A stretch of 64,000 bases of DNA from Octopus sinensis (GCF_006345805.1 NC_042998.1:32488001-32552000); one strand, 5' to 3'. Shown: positions 34,926-49,168, counted from the first letter of the stretch. Program-made: numbers and translations. The notes: generated by a model from the letters alone, not told the origin.

Positions 34926-36359
34926 ACGGAGTTCAGTAACATTTGCAGTTGTTATATTAATGACATGTTCGGTACAAATAGTTTAATTGTTCTGTTTGTT
35001 TGGTCAACTATTTTTATGTATTGATTAAATATTACTTTTTATTATGCTGCAACAAGGAGAAGCTAAATGTTCTCAGAAAACTCTGAAGATATTCATACAC
35101 AAGTATAGGTAATTCTGTATTTATAGCAACTTAAGTTCTTCTATGACTCCAAATCATGAGATTACTTTCCAGGAATCCCATGGTGTTATGTATGAAACCT
35201 AATTCTATTGCATTCAATCATATATTGGTTATTAGAATCAATAGATTCTTTGGAATTACTGACTTCTTTATTGATTAACCAAGCAACAAAAAGAACATTT
35301 AATCTCATGAGTAACAGAACTAAATTCAAATCAAATATTATATTTATCGTATTCTCGTGAGGGTATGTATATGTGTTTGAGTGTATTGATGTGTATGTAT
35401 ACAGATATATAGATACAGGCATATGTAGATAAGTATATGCGCATATGGTCTCGTATGTCAAGCCTCCGGTGGGATATGGTTAAGAGATGAACATATAAAT
35501 CAGAGCCAGTTAACAGAGAAAAGTAAAATAAAAATGAAAAAAAATGAAAAGTCAAAACTATTGAAAAGGTTGCAAGACGCAACGAAAATTTTAGGAGAAT
35601 AAAAATAAGAAAAAAGTGGAAATTTTACCGGTGAGTGTGTTATATTATAAGGCACAAAAAGAGAATGACTCTCCCCAGACACAACAGAATATGCTTCAAC
35701 ACACGAAATCATATAAAGAACCTTGCAAACTAAATCCAAAAACGAAAAAAATGAAATGATGTAATGGTAGTGATTCATGACTGCTTTGCACCACCAGGAA
35801 ACTAACACCATGCCTGTGGTTAAGGAAAATATAGTTGTTTGTAAATGGAGGTGTAGTTGTTGTTGTTGCTGTTGTTGTTGTGCTTGCAGATTAGTCCTCA
35901 TTGAAAGCCCCCGAAGCAATGGCCAGTTTGTCTTCTATATTCAGACATCATCTAACTATGATTACATTTTCTAAAATCTACTTTTTTTAAAGTAGCGACA
36001 TGTATACTAGTTGTTTTGGAATGCTAAAATCCAGTGACTACAGCAGATGAAATGGAGTTTGTTCCATAATGATTTCCTCTGCATATCCTCAGGATATTCA
36101 GCTGCTAAGTGGCAAATACACAAAGGTGACTAATCAACAGACTTCCTTCCAGATGCTTCAGCTTTCTTAAAGACAGCAGTGATATCAAAATATTTCGTTC
36201 TATCTTAATAATATCCTTCAATGGAATAAAGAAATCTTTACCTGAGGACAGGTTATTAATATACTTAAAGTTGCGTTTTAAATGCTAGTGTTTCATTCAG
36301 ATTATACAGCCAAACCAACAAAAGTGGTACTTCAAAACCAGAGTTTCTCCTGAAAGAAC

Positions 36360-36437
36360 ATGGACTCAGTGCATTTTTCTAAGCAAAGTAATTCCAATAT
36401 GGACTCAGTGCATTTTTCTAAGCAAAGTAATTCCAAT
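36360..36437. repeat. Exact 39-bp tandem duplication
   Basis: ATGGACTCAGTGCATTTTTCTAAGCAAAGTAATTCCAAT twice. Confidence 0.95.
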
Positions 36438-36724
36438 GTGGTCCCTTGAACAATTTCTTGAACTGTTGTAATCCTTAATGTCGGATTGTTATAATGCGTC
36501 ACTCTTGCATAGCAGTATAGTTAGTAAGACAAGTAAGACCATGACAGTCTATGTATTCTCTCCTTACACTAGGCAACATCACCTTATTTATAGTGACTAG
36601 CACATACCACTCATCACATGGGAAGGATGGACCATTATTATTATTATCCCCACAACATGAACAAGACAAATTTTTCTCAAAAAGTGTCATCATCCTATTT
36701 AAAAATTGGAAGACTTAAAATATA

Positions 36725-37074
36725 GAAATATTGCATTTCTAAATCTCTTGGAGAGATTTATACAATGGCTGCACGATAAAGTGATGGTATGTTGCCAACT
36801 TCATGTGGCAGTCCCATGAAAGGGAAGAATGCTACTGCTATTCAGCCCTAGGAAACACTGTTTCCTATTGGCCATGACACATTTCCTGTGTTCTTATATT
36901 TTCAAAGGGGAGATAAGCACCTCCACTCAGCAAAGCCAGCATCCCCTTTGAAAATATAAGGACACAGGAAATGTGTCAAGGCCAACATGAAACGGTGTTT
37001 CCTAGGGCTAAATAACAGTAGCATTCTTCCCTTTCATGGGACTGTCACATTATGTTGGTAACATACCATCACTT
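36725..37074 (-). mobile_element. Truncated foldback copy of the hammerhead family (ribozyme segment absent)
   Basis: Arms 36778-36911 and 36942-37074 are homologous to the 18.4-kb element. Terminal hairpin at 36740-36760. 12-bp direct repeat ACTTAAAATATA at 36713 and 37071. Confidence 0.7.
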
Positions 37075-38904
37075 AAAATATAATTCTAAGGTAGAAAGCT
37101 CACAAAAGTAATCGCTGACTACAGATACATGTTGATCCAGAAATGAAATACTGATTATGTTATGTTTGTATGCCTAGAAAGCTGATTTTTAAGTTGGTCC
37201 AATTCAGTTAAAACAGCTACTTCTTGATCGAAGACCACCATTATCATCAGTTTGTCTTCCTAAAAATGGAAGCTTGGTAACAACTTGGGAATTGGAAAAT
37301 GTATAATTCAGAAACGTAAGGAATTAAGGTATAAAATTAAAGCAGGGATCAATGATTTCAATTTATATCAATAAATTAAAGGGTTATGTACTGAATGGCA
37401 TTTATAAAAACTTTAGTTAACTGAAATTCTATCTTGGAGAAAGCAAACAAAAACCTAGCAGTAATTATTTGTAAAAAGATAATTGCAAGAAGCCAAGGAA
37501 ACTTTCACAAAATTTATAAGCTTATGGCAAAACATCTGAATCTTGCTTGCTAGTAAGGGGATAGCTACCAATAGGTTTCAGGAAGAGATATATTTGTACA
37601 TATGATGGGCTTCTTTCAGTTTCCATCTACCAAATCCGCTCACAAGTCTCTAGTCAGCCTGAAGCTATAGCTGAAGACACTTGCCCAAGGTGCCATGCAG
37701 TGGGACAGAGCCTAGGACCCTATGGTTGGGAAGCAAATTTCTTACCACATGGGCATGCCTGCACAAAAAAAAAAAAAAAAAATGGAAAATATAGAAGGAA
37801 AAAAATCTTGAATTAATTGAAATTTTCATTTTAGTTTCAGAAATTTTATTTGAGGTTTTGCCTTTGAGTTGGGAAACATGATTCATTGAGAGTTGATTAA
37901 GTACATCATTAATTACATCACTCTTTAATTATTTTCTTTACTTCTTTTATGCTTTAATTATGCAAATTACAACTGGCCAAAAATTTTCATTACTCTTCTC
38001 CTATTTACTATCACTTCTATCAAGTGACAAATATATTCTCAACTGCCACCTTGCTTGCAAGATATTCTTTTCTCTCTATGTTCTGAGTTCAAATTCCACT
38101 GAGGTCAGCTTTGCCTTTCATCCTTTCAAGGTTGATAAATTAAGTACCAGTTGTGTATTGGGGTTGATCTAATCGACTGGCCCCCTCCCCCCAAATTTCG
38201 GGCCTTGTGCCTAGAGTAGGAAAGAAGACTCGTCTTTTCTTAAGTTTGTAAATTAATTTTGTGCTATTAATTAATTTATTAAAATTATCTGCCTTTTCCT
38301 TAAGAGTCACTGCTACGAATCTGTTCTGTTTCTTGAAATGAGAATATTTTGCATGTGAACTGAAAAATATGACTGCTTGGCACAGAACCTGAGCTCCCTC
38401 TGGGCAACTGACAAATGAAAACTGTCATTGTGATTTCAATTGTCAAAACTATTCTGCACAATAATACATTTCCAAAGGTTATACCATGTCTCACAAAAGC
38501 ATGCTTATTCTATGATGTAAAAGGCTTCATTTGTTTCTTTACTACTTACCATGGGTTCTTTCAATAATATAAAATTGGTTTATATATTCAAAACTATTCT
38601 CCACAATATAATTTTATTTTGGGAATTGATTGGAATCCATCTTGAAACAAATCTTACATCATTGCAAACATAATTCATTATGGATAGTATTCATTATCAT
38701 CATCATCATCATCATCATCATCGTTTAATGCCCGCTTTCCATGCTGGCATGGGTCAGATGGTTTGACTGAGGGCTGGCGAGCCAGAAGGCTGCACCAGGC
38801 TCCAATCTGTTCTGGCAAAGTTTCTACAGCTGGATGCCCTTCCTAACACCAACCACTCCAAGAGTGTTGTGAGTGCTTTTATGTGCCACCAGCACAAGGG
38901 CCAT

Positions 38905-39441
38905 CTGCCATCAAAGTGATACTGGGGTAAAATATACGAAGCCCTGTATACCCATCATGACTACCCGCCTGATAAGGGTACACTAGGCACATGCTTCACA
39001 ACTATATGTGTGCAACATGGTGATCTCATATCAAGATAAACAGCACATGACCTTGCATGTGGGGCCCAGTTAGAATTTTCTTCTGGTCGAGTAACCCATC
39101 CCGCTCAAAAGGTCCCTGAATAATGGTTGTTTAAGGATGTTGAACGAAGTACCCCTGTTTCCAAAGGTGAATTATTCAAACCCCAAAGAATCCCTCTCAG
39201 CACATGGTTATGACGCTCCCCCACTACTTCTGCTCATGATCACAGATGCACATATCGTCAGCTACCAAGGGATATGCTCAACTGGTTATGGTCAAACAAC
39301 TGACAATCAAATCTGTGGTATTGATCAGAATATTTGCTGTAGCCCATCTTCTATACCAAGACAAAACAATGTACATGATAACACTACCAATCAGTTAAGA
39401 TCAGAAGCTATGAGAGCCACTGCCTAGTACTGCATCAGGGC
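38905..39441 (-). mobile_element. Longest family T retroposon copy
   Basis: Homologous to 20215-20565 and extends to an (ATT)n array at 39444-39580. Confidence 0.65.
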
Positions 39442-39442
39442 A

Positions 39443-39492
<50 letters not shown>

Positions 39493-39980
39493 TATTATTA
39501 TTATTATTTTTATTATTATTATTATCATCATTATTATAATTATTATTTATATTATTATTATTATTATTATTATGACTATTACTATTTCTCATGACTTGCA
39601 AATATGTCCATGTATATGCTTTTCAATAGTTGAACGAATATTTCATTTGCTAACAGTAAGTTGTTTGGTTTTGTGTTAGTGTGTAATATTGCACACGGAA
39701 CTACTTACACTATAGACTTGATTAAGTCACATGTGCATGCCTCTTCTCTTAACTTATACAAAACACAATGGTTACACTTCTACAGATCTGTATAGCAATA
39801 TATGAAATACCGATATTTTAGATGAAACATCTTTAGTCCCTTGTCAGACAATGAATCGCACAAATATCTTACACACTCAAATAAATTCAAACATACAGTA
39901 TATCTTTTTTCAATTTTCTCACTCACAAGTCACCTGAACATATTTCTTCAATGCTAAAACAAGTCGTTTTTTTTCTCTAG

Positions 39981-40013
39981 CGGAAACAGCCTGTCTTTGA
40001 AATTCTTCTCCAG
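39981..40013 (+). CDS. Candidate 33-nt microexon of an unidentified host gene
   Basis: Acceptor GTTTTTTTTCTCTAG and donor CAG|GTGAGT in unique sequence. Open in two frames (RKQPVFEILLQ or GNSLSLKFFS). Confidence 0.45.
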
Positions 40014-41404
40014 GTGAGTAAAATGTAAAATATTTTTCATATTTTGAATGCATAAATTAAAGTGTTTCATAAAGCAACTCATTTTGTACTATTTTAAAAA
40101 CTTTTATTGTAATAAAACACTGCATCAATATAATCTAAATATTTTGATATATTTCTTACGAGAAAATATATCTAAATAAAAAAAATCTTTCTCTCTCTTT
40201 TCTCTGTTACTTGTTTCAGTCATTTGACTGCGACCATGCCGGAGCACCGCCTTTAGTCAAGCAGATCGACCCCAGGACCTATTCTGTAGAAGCCTAGTAC
40301 TTATCTTATTGGTCTCTTTTGCCAAACCGCTAAGTTACGGGGACGTAAACACACCAGCATCGGTTGTCAAGCGATGTTGGGGTGACAAACACAGACACAC
40401 AAACATATACACGCACACATATATATGTACATATATAAGACAGGCTTCTTTCAGTTTCCGTCTACCAAATCCACTCACAAGGCTTTGGTCGGCCTGAGGC
40501 TATAGTAGAAGACACTTGCCCAGGGTACCACGCAGTTGGACAGAACTCGGAACCATGTGGTTGGTAAGCAAGCTACTTACCACACAGCCACTCCTGTGCC
40601 TGTATTTAATATAGTATTATATTGTTGGCGTTAGGAAGGGCATCCAGCCGTAGAAACATTGCCAGATCAGACTGGGCCTGGTGCAGCCTTCTGGCTTCCC
40701 AGACCCCAGTTGAACCGTCCAACCCATACTAGCATGGAAAGCGGACGCTAAATGATGATGATGATCATCATCATAATGATGATGATGAATATATAATTTG
40801 TATACAATACTATAATAATATTATAATAAATTCATAGCGTCTCCTAATTCACTGCCTTCCTCTCAACGCCTCTTTTTTCTTCCCCCCACCCTACTGTCCC
40901 CTTAGGCACCAGCATCCACCTGAATCATCTCAACGCCCATTGGGTGGGTGGGGTTGGATTTATTGCCCACTTTGAGAACCTATGCTTTAGACAATCATTA
41001 ATAGTTGTTTAATGTATGAATCTATATAAACAGTAATGCTGTTTTCGAAATAGCTTTCATATCAATATTAAGTCTTTTCAGAATTTTCAAATGAAAAGAA
41101 ACTGGAAAACACATTTATTATATCAGAAGAAGGAAACAGAAGTGGAAAAAAAACAAAAAAAAAATTTAAAAAAAGGTATAACAGACAGAAAAATCCTAGA
41201 AATGAAATAAATGTATTTCTAGTTTCTCAAGTTTTAAGCTAAAACTATGGGATTAAAAACAGTTATTTGTGGAAAGAACAATGTTAAAAATACAACACAG
41301 ACAAAAGTTACACTTGAAAATACTAACACACACACATACTTATATGCATACATAAATATATAAATACATACAACATATATAAATATATATACACGCATTA
41401 TATA

Positions 41405-41640
41405 TATGTTTGTATGTATGATTATGATGATAGTAATGATATATATATATGTAATCTTTATATATATATGTATATATATATATATATATCCTTATATATA
41501 TGTATGTATATATATATATATATCTTTATATATATATATATCTTTATATATATATATATCTTTATATATATCTATATATCTATATATATATATCTTTATA
41601 TATATATATCTTTATTATATATATATATATATATATGCTA
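41405..41640. repeat. (TA)n-rich compound microsatellite
   Basis: Direct. Confidence 0.95.
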
Positions 41641-42307
41641 TATGCATGTGGCATTTAAAAAAGATTTCTGGAACTACCCAAAATATAAATTTGGCTTAAG
41701 ATCCCTGAAAAGCTCCTTGTAAATATATCCATCATTCGAACTTCCTTCCAATTGCCAGTTTTTGTACAACACACATCAATCTTGAGAACTTTGGTAGCGC
41801 TTGTTTTTAGACCTAAAATGATTTAAGACCAAAAGTAATCAGCTTTGATATGGAAAGTCCATTTAACTTACGAGTGTAATGCACTTTTCGAAATACCATT
41901 AGGAAGCCTTTCACAGAAATATGACATTGTGACATTGATTTACTCAACATTGGAACAATATTCCAGGAATTTTCTGAAATGTTTAAGACAATGTGCCATA
42001 CTATAGAAGACCAGAGTCTAAAAGAAATCAACAAAAGTCTGCTTATAATGGTAAAATAGTAATGATGGGATGGAAATAACTTATTACACTTGTAAAGAGA
42101 TTTATGAATCATTAAATTATGGAACAAGATTTCCATAGAATGTTTTCTCAAAGAACAAGAAAAAAAGAAGGAAATGAATGAGAAAAAAGAATGAAATGAA
42201 TGAGCATCAGCTAAAGAAAAAAAAAAATTTCATTTTCTTTATTTTTATGGAAGGTTGAATTATTAAACTCTGAACTATTGAACAGAGGTGTCTAAACTGT
42301 CATTTCT

Positions 42308-42534
42308 GTAACCCTTTCTCTGTAAACCGACCATATCTGGTCCAAATATTCTTCTTGCTTTATGTTCAAACTGTCAAAATCTGGCCTCTTGCACCTACGC
42401 TACAATGTCATTCTTAAAATATGCAATCACCTCATCGAAATCTCAAAGTTACAGAATAATGCTGGATTAATTCAAAACAATGTGAATAAATAAATACTAA
42501 ATTTGACATGGGAATCTGAATACTCAAGGGTTAA
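42308..42534. mobile_element. piggyBac-like MITE, second family
   Basis: GTAA-CCCTTT...AAGGG-TTAA; homologous to 59938-60163. Confidence 0.7.
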
Positions 42535-42954
42535 ACTAAAAGTAAGGAGCTGATTGGTTAGTTTTTAAAAGTCCTAGAATTCAATGTTGTCTGTTCTTTG
42601 AATGAATTATGCTTCAGTGCCAATGCCCTTCAATCAGATAAGCAGATGGTAAATACTAGATGTATCTCTCAACATCTCAAAAGTCTAAAGGTTAGCAAAC
42701 ACTACAACAAAAAAATGTGGTCTATATTAAAAAGGAAGATATCACCCAGCACACTGATTGCAAATCAATCGCTTGAAGACAAAACTTCTGCAAAAGACAC
42801 ATCAGACGAACTAATGAGGCTTTTATAAACTGCATCACCTGTAAACACTGCTTTCTGTTCTCAATTGCAGTTGGGCATCTTGTCCCAAACTCAAGAACTT
42901 TTTTGAAGTCTCAATTCAGATAGTTCTATGAGCATTATTGTCAACAAAAACTTG

Positions 42955-43172
42955 CATATACACATCATCCTCATCCTCCTCAGCCTCCCACTCCTCCTCA
43001 CCATCAACATCCTCATTATCATCATCATAATCATCATCATCATCAACCTCATCGTCGTCATCATCATCATCATCATCATCCTCATCATCATCAACATCCT
43101 CATTATTAACCTCATCGTCGTCATCATCATCATAATCATCATCATCCTCGTCGTCGTCGTCGTCATCATCAT
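42955..43172. repeat. (CAT)n degenerate microsatellite
   Basis: Direct; continuous with the tail of a minus-strand family R copy. Confidence 0.9.
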
Positions 43173-43782
43173 TTAATGTCTGTTGTCCATGCTGGAACAG
43201 GTTGGACAGTTTGACACGGCTGACACACTAGAAGGCTGCACCATACTCCAGTCTGATTTGGCATGGTTTTCTATGGCCCTTCCTAATGCTAACCATTCTG
43301 AGAGTGTAATGAGTGCTTTTACATGCTACTGACACAGGTGCCATTTGCATGACACCGGGGTGTATTATTTACACTTTAGCCAACTCTTTACAATAACAGT
43401 TTGGTTACACATTTGCCTCAACATTTCTCTTCTACGTCTGAGAATATTTCAACATAATCTATATACTCCATACTCTTGGTAACCAATGTTACATCCCTGT
43501 AACTTAGCAGTTCAACAGAAGAGACCAATGGAATAAATACAAGTCTTACGAAAAAAAAAAGTACTGGGATTGATTCATTTGGCTAAAATTTCTTCTCTAC
43601 ATTGCTCCAGCATGGCCGCAGTTTTATGACTGAAACAAGTAAAAAAAAAAAGGTTAGAAGCTAAAAATAGTAAGAAATTGTCAAAATTATAAAATTCTTG
43701 CTGCGTTAAAAAGATTTCAAGCTTTATTGAATAAACGTAATGCTTGAAATGTAGCATGGTTCACAGTTAAATGAAACCGGAT

Positions 43783-44205
43783 TACAGTCCCTGGCAAATA
43801 TTATGGAATTGCAGCACTAATTTGTTTTCTTGTACAATTTCTATATCCAAGGCATATTGGCCTTGAACTTTTAATCTTGATGATTTGATGTCTTCCGACT
43901 TTTTATTCTTTTATAATCTTCCCATTTTTGTTTATACTTGCACAATATTTGAAACGCAGTTGATTAACATTTTTTGCCTCATTCCATGTTTGGTTTCTTT
44001 CTTGAAGGAGTTCAGAATACATTCCATTGTTTCACTTGACAACTCTCTTATTGAGACCATATTTCCTTTCAATTAGTCAAGTCCACTAACTCATTAAGGT
44101 TTGCAAGCAATCTATTTTAAAGGCAAGCTAATTTGCATTTCTAAAGTTGTGATATTTGTTTTAGAGATGCAAATTACAAGGTGATTCCATAATTTTTCCT
44201 TCAAT
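43783..44205 (-). mobile_element. Internally deleted Tc1-like element
   Basis: TACAGTCCCTGGCAAATATTATGGAAT terminus and a partial inverse GATTCCATAATTTTTCC near 44185. Minus frame MVSIRELSSETMECIL.. resembles a Tc1 N-terminal HTH. Confidence 0.4.
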
Positions 44206-44874
44206 ATCGAGTGATTTATAATTTTTCCACCTCTCCTCAATCAAGGCAAAAAGAAGCCATTAATTAAAATAATTAGTTTGTTTTGGGGTATGTTTTATAG
44301 AGACAGAATGATTAGTTATTAAACAAAAGTGATTTCTTCTCATCATAGATGAGATTTGTTTGTGGACAAGATACCTCAAGAACTGCTGGATGGATTCGGA
44401 TGAAACTTTCAGGATGTTTGGCCTCGTGACTGGCACAAACTGATTAGATGCTGGGATCGATCCAGTATCAGACAAGGACTCTGGATTATTTTTCCCGTTT
44501 TTTTACTTAATTTTTGAGAGCAGTCGGGTTCATTTTTAGTATTCTCGTTTGTGAGAGCAGTCAAATTTATTTCAAATATTCTCATTTTAAAAATCATCTC
44601 TGGCTAATCATAAAGAGGACTTTGGTGTTGCCTTGGTAGAAGTTTGCACTCTCTTGGTGCTCTTGTTCTTTTATTTGTTATACTTGCTTCAGTCACTGGA
44701 CTGTGGCCATGCTGGGGAACCACAGTACTTCTTTATCTTAAGCCTGGTACTTATTCTATCAGTCACTTCTACTGAACTGCTAAGTTATGGGACGTAAACG
44801 TACTAAGACCGGTTGTGAAGCAGTAGTGGAGGACAAACACATACACACACACATGGGCTCTTTTAGTTTCTAAT

Positions 44875-45287
44875 TTCTTATTTCTTTATTGCCCACAAGG
44901 GGCTAAACACAAAGAGGACAAATAAGGAGAGACAAACAGATTATGTCGATTATATCGACCCCAGTGCATAACTGGTACTTATTTAATCGACCCCGAAAGG
45001 ATGAAAAGCAAAGTTGATCTCGGCGGAATTTGAACTCAGAATGTAACAGCAGGCAAAATACCTATTTCTTTACTACCCACAAGGGGCTAAACACAGAGAG
45101 GACAAACAAGGACAGACAAACAGATTAAGTCGACTATATCGACCCCAGTGTATAACTGGTACTTATTTAATCGACCCCGAAAGGATGAAAGGCAAAGTCG
45201 ACCTTGGCGGAATTTGAACTCAGAACATAACGGCAGACGAAATACCGCTAAGCATTTAACCCGGTGTGCTAACGTTTCTGCCAGCTC
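44875..45287 (-). mobile_element. Dimeric family C SINE
   Basis: Junction at about 45061. Confidence 0.85.
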
Positions 45288-48200
45288 TTTTAGTTTTTAT
45301 CTACCAAATCTATCACAAGGGCTTTAGTCAGCCCAAAGCTATAGTAGAGGATAGGCCCACACCGCCACACCTCCATCTTTTTCTTTATTTACCATAAAGT
45401 AACAAAACCTGGTTAAAAATACTCCAACTGTGATGATTCCATAATTTTGTCAGGAATTATTAGAAACATCAAATTAAAATTACCAACAGTTTATTTAGTG
45501 TAGTTTGGTAACCAATTAAGCTGTCTAAACTCTCAACTCCATATTCCAAATTAATCAAGGCAATTATCATCCGAAAAATTAACTTCAAAATGACAAACGA
45601 AAGTGTTTTACTTTCACATTGAGGAAGACACGCAATAAATAAATGGCTTGAAAGTTAAATTACAGACTAGTTTTGACCAAGTAAATCTTTGTTTGATATT
45701 ACTTTACATGGTGTATCAATAGTAGATATCCTGTTCAAAAGAATATGAGGTAAGTTCTTAGAGCTAAATTATGTTATATTTTCTTTAAGCTTTCAGCATA
45801 CAAGAAACTATAATATCATATAAATCACATAGCCCAATATCACATGTTGAATTTGCTGTTGCCATGCCATATCTCTGATGAAATAAAGTTTACTGGAAGC
45901 ATACAACAACGACTTCTAAGATGGTGACAAAAGTAAGTTATAAAAACCAGTTTAGTCTGTATGCAATATCTGACTTATTTCCTTCTGTGAGATCAGTTGT
46001 TATAAAAATCACAAAACATGCTTTGATATCATTTACACAACGAAAAATGAAATAGTACAAAGGCAGAAAAAAGATTAAAGCAGATGTTACCATAGTTTGA
46101 GATTAATAAGGAATATAGAGAGAAAAAAATTCTTAAAAGAATTTCATTTTGGTTAAGAAAATATGTGTATCAGTCAAAGGCCTCAGTAAAAGAAAAAAAT
46201 TCCAGAAATAAAATTCTCAAGTGAGAAACTCAATACAAATAAGTTGGTTTTCTCTTTGAAGGCAGATTTTTAATAATTTTCGAGATGAATTCTCATAGCT
46301 TAGGGTTTGGTAAGACTACAGCTATGCTTCTTTAAAGGCTAATACTTTTCAATGGAATTGTAATATGTTACAAGCCTGAGATGTTACATAATGTCTCTAA
46401 TAACAAATTATTGTTCAATAACACAGCTCTTCAGATCTTATCTATATTATCATCGTTATCATCATCATCATCATCATCATCATCCTTTGAAATCTATTTT
46501 CCATGATGGTTTGGGTTAGATGGGTCATTGCATTCCAAGTCAGTTCATATATGGAGTTATTGCTTTCTTAGACAACTCAGGAGTCCTTACCAGGTCCATG
46601 TGTCTCACTTGTGACATGGTTCCAGGGCTGAATGTCCTTTCTAATACCAACCATTTCACATTCCGGTATTGGATGCTGTTTATTATGACACAAATCCAAG
46701 AGAGAGAAAGAGAGAGAATAGTTGATGGATTGGAACCACTAGTGTAGCTAGAGTGTGTGCCACCTGGGGCGGCCCTTCTGTTCACCACTCCCAGACCCCA
46801 CAAAAAACATATTGCCTACAGCAATAGTCTTGAACAGGTTGAAAAGTGCAACCCGGGGCGGACCATCCCTACTTCCCCCACCCTAGCTATGCTAGCGATT
46901 AGAACAGAGATGGCTGATGGTGAGTGAGGATGGTAGATATCATGTAGGACTCACTTATGGTAGAGAGAATGATGGTTAGTGATGGAAGGTGATGGTAAAC
47001 GGTACTGAATATGGACAAATCTGATGCCAATTTTCATTTCTCAGGCACTGGGATGGAAGAGAAACAGAGGGATGTGAGTAATGGTGGAAGAGCAGTAGAG
47101 TGATAATAATAGTAATAATAATAATAATGAGTGGTTGAGGGATTAATACAGACAGACCAAATACCCTTCTTATTTCTTAATTGCTCACAAGGGGCTAAAC
47201 ATAGAGGGGACAAACAAGGAGAAAGGGATTAAGTCGATTACATTGACCCCAGTGCGTAACATCACATACCCTAACAGTACAGTCTTCTCTCCGATTCTCC
47301 TTAAATTTACCCTTTCTCTCAGCTCCCTTGTTGAGACACACTCTCATTATAACACATCCAGCAGAGCATGTTCACTTCATTTCTTTTCAGATGCCAGAAA
47401 TCTTTCGAGTCTCACTATTACATAGCATTGCATTCCATACACAAGCATCATACAGTTTGTCCTTTGGGCAGAAACACCTCACAACATTTGTTCCACCTCA
47501 TTCTTACTTTGGCTGTTATACTTTTGATACATCCACTTCCACTGCTAATTAGATCACTTTATAAGCAATCAACCACTTCTTGTGAGCTTTCCAAGTATTT
47601 GAAGGAATTTATTTTGTGCTTAATCTTAGAGTTCACTCCTCCAATGCATCTGCTTCATATGAAGGCTTCCTTCACTATCAACCAACTTGTGACCTCAAGC
47701 AAATTATTTTCTTTCTAAATGATTATTGAGAATTTCATTGCCGACATACACACACATGAACACATTAGTTTTGAAGTGGATTGAACTGAATCCTTTGCAC
47801 TATTACTAATTTCGGTAAATTCTTTTATTGGATATTTTGTACTAGTAACTAACGAACTGACTATAACGAAGTGAAATGGAGTAGTAGGCTACAAAAAATT
47901 ATATAGTCGTACTGGAATTTGATTAAAAGACTTGTGTCTCATTAAGTTTAATTAATTTATAACACAAACTAGTTATGACCTTTTAATTTTCTTGATTACA
48001 TTTTCAAAATGCTATAAATTAGAAAAGTCACATATTTTTGATATTTTCTTCTATACTGTTTACATATACTTTTTCTAAGCTATCAGGATTCCAATAACAT
48101 TTTCTTACAAATCTGGACATTTAAATGTTTTTGAAGAAATCGATTTTACATTTGGATATCTTTCTAATGCTAACAGTTCTACTTTGATGGTGAGTGGTCT

Positions 48201-49168
48201 CTGCTTGTTGCCAGCTAGTTTAAAGCAAGCAGAATGTCTTTTCTGATAATCATTGAACTTGATATGTGATAAGAAATACCGATTTTATATCACATTTAGA
48301 TTTTAAAAACTTACATAAAAATTAAGTAGTGAATATTTTAAACAACTTTCATTGAAATAACTACTTCTTTACACAAAACAATAACTGAAACTTAACAGTA
48401 AGAAAAATCTAATTTCCAGTAAACACGACTTATGGAGGTGATAAATCATTCCAGTTACAGTGTTACTTGTATAATATAGGACTCCAGCAAGAAGATTACA
48501 AATAGAGTTTCTTTTAATATGATAATCTGATTATAATCTGTGTTTTTAATATTGGTTCACAAATAATTTCTAATGAATATTGATTTAGAATAATGTTTGT
48601 CTGGGTAGATGCAGACAAATATGATGCCAAGTACATGAACACAGCTCATAAATAACACTAAGAAAGATTGCTACAGAGAATATTAGATTGTTTCCTACAA
48701 CCTATAAATATGTTTAAAAAGAACCTTAAATGTAAATCCCATAACATTATTGACAAAGGTTAAAGGTTATGAGATTCTTAATATACGGACTGAATTGTCT
48801 GAGCTGCTAATAACCATCAATAAATTGTTAGCTACAAGATCTGTTGTGAGATGTAGTCAATTAAACTGGGCAACAAAAAAGATTTATTGTCTGCTACCCA
48901 GACAAATGGTGCTGTACTAAACTAAATCGAATACATTGTTTCTGAATCTGAACTCAGAATTGCTGTAGCATGTCAGGATTTTGAGTTATGCATATGTTAA
49001 TACTATATTAGAATCAGGAATAGTTAAGTTCAAGGTAAATAATTATTATAATAGTATATTAGTACTGTATATAGTAAATTTCTGTTCAAGGCAAATAGTA
49101 TTATAATATAATGGTACATAGTATATTTATGCTAAGGGAATACTCACTTTATTTTTGGTATTCTCGGC

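Noticed and set aside
34592-34942. Arg/Glu-rich and Ser/Pro-rich ORFs (also 54706-55290, 42891-43176, 11133-11751)
   Set aside because: Simple trinucleotide and dinucleotide repeats.
41640-42150. mariner-like TIR start (also an isolated one near 58838-58870)
   Set aside because: No partner TIR or transposase motif could be confirmed.
45700-45756. GAG|GTAAGT donor
   Set aside because: No convincing acceptor or open frame upstream.
48177-48189. 13-nt candidate microexon (CTAACAG..ATG|GTGAGT)
   Set aside because: Poor polypyrimidine tract, and too short to distinguish from chance.
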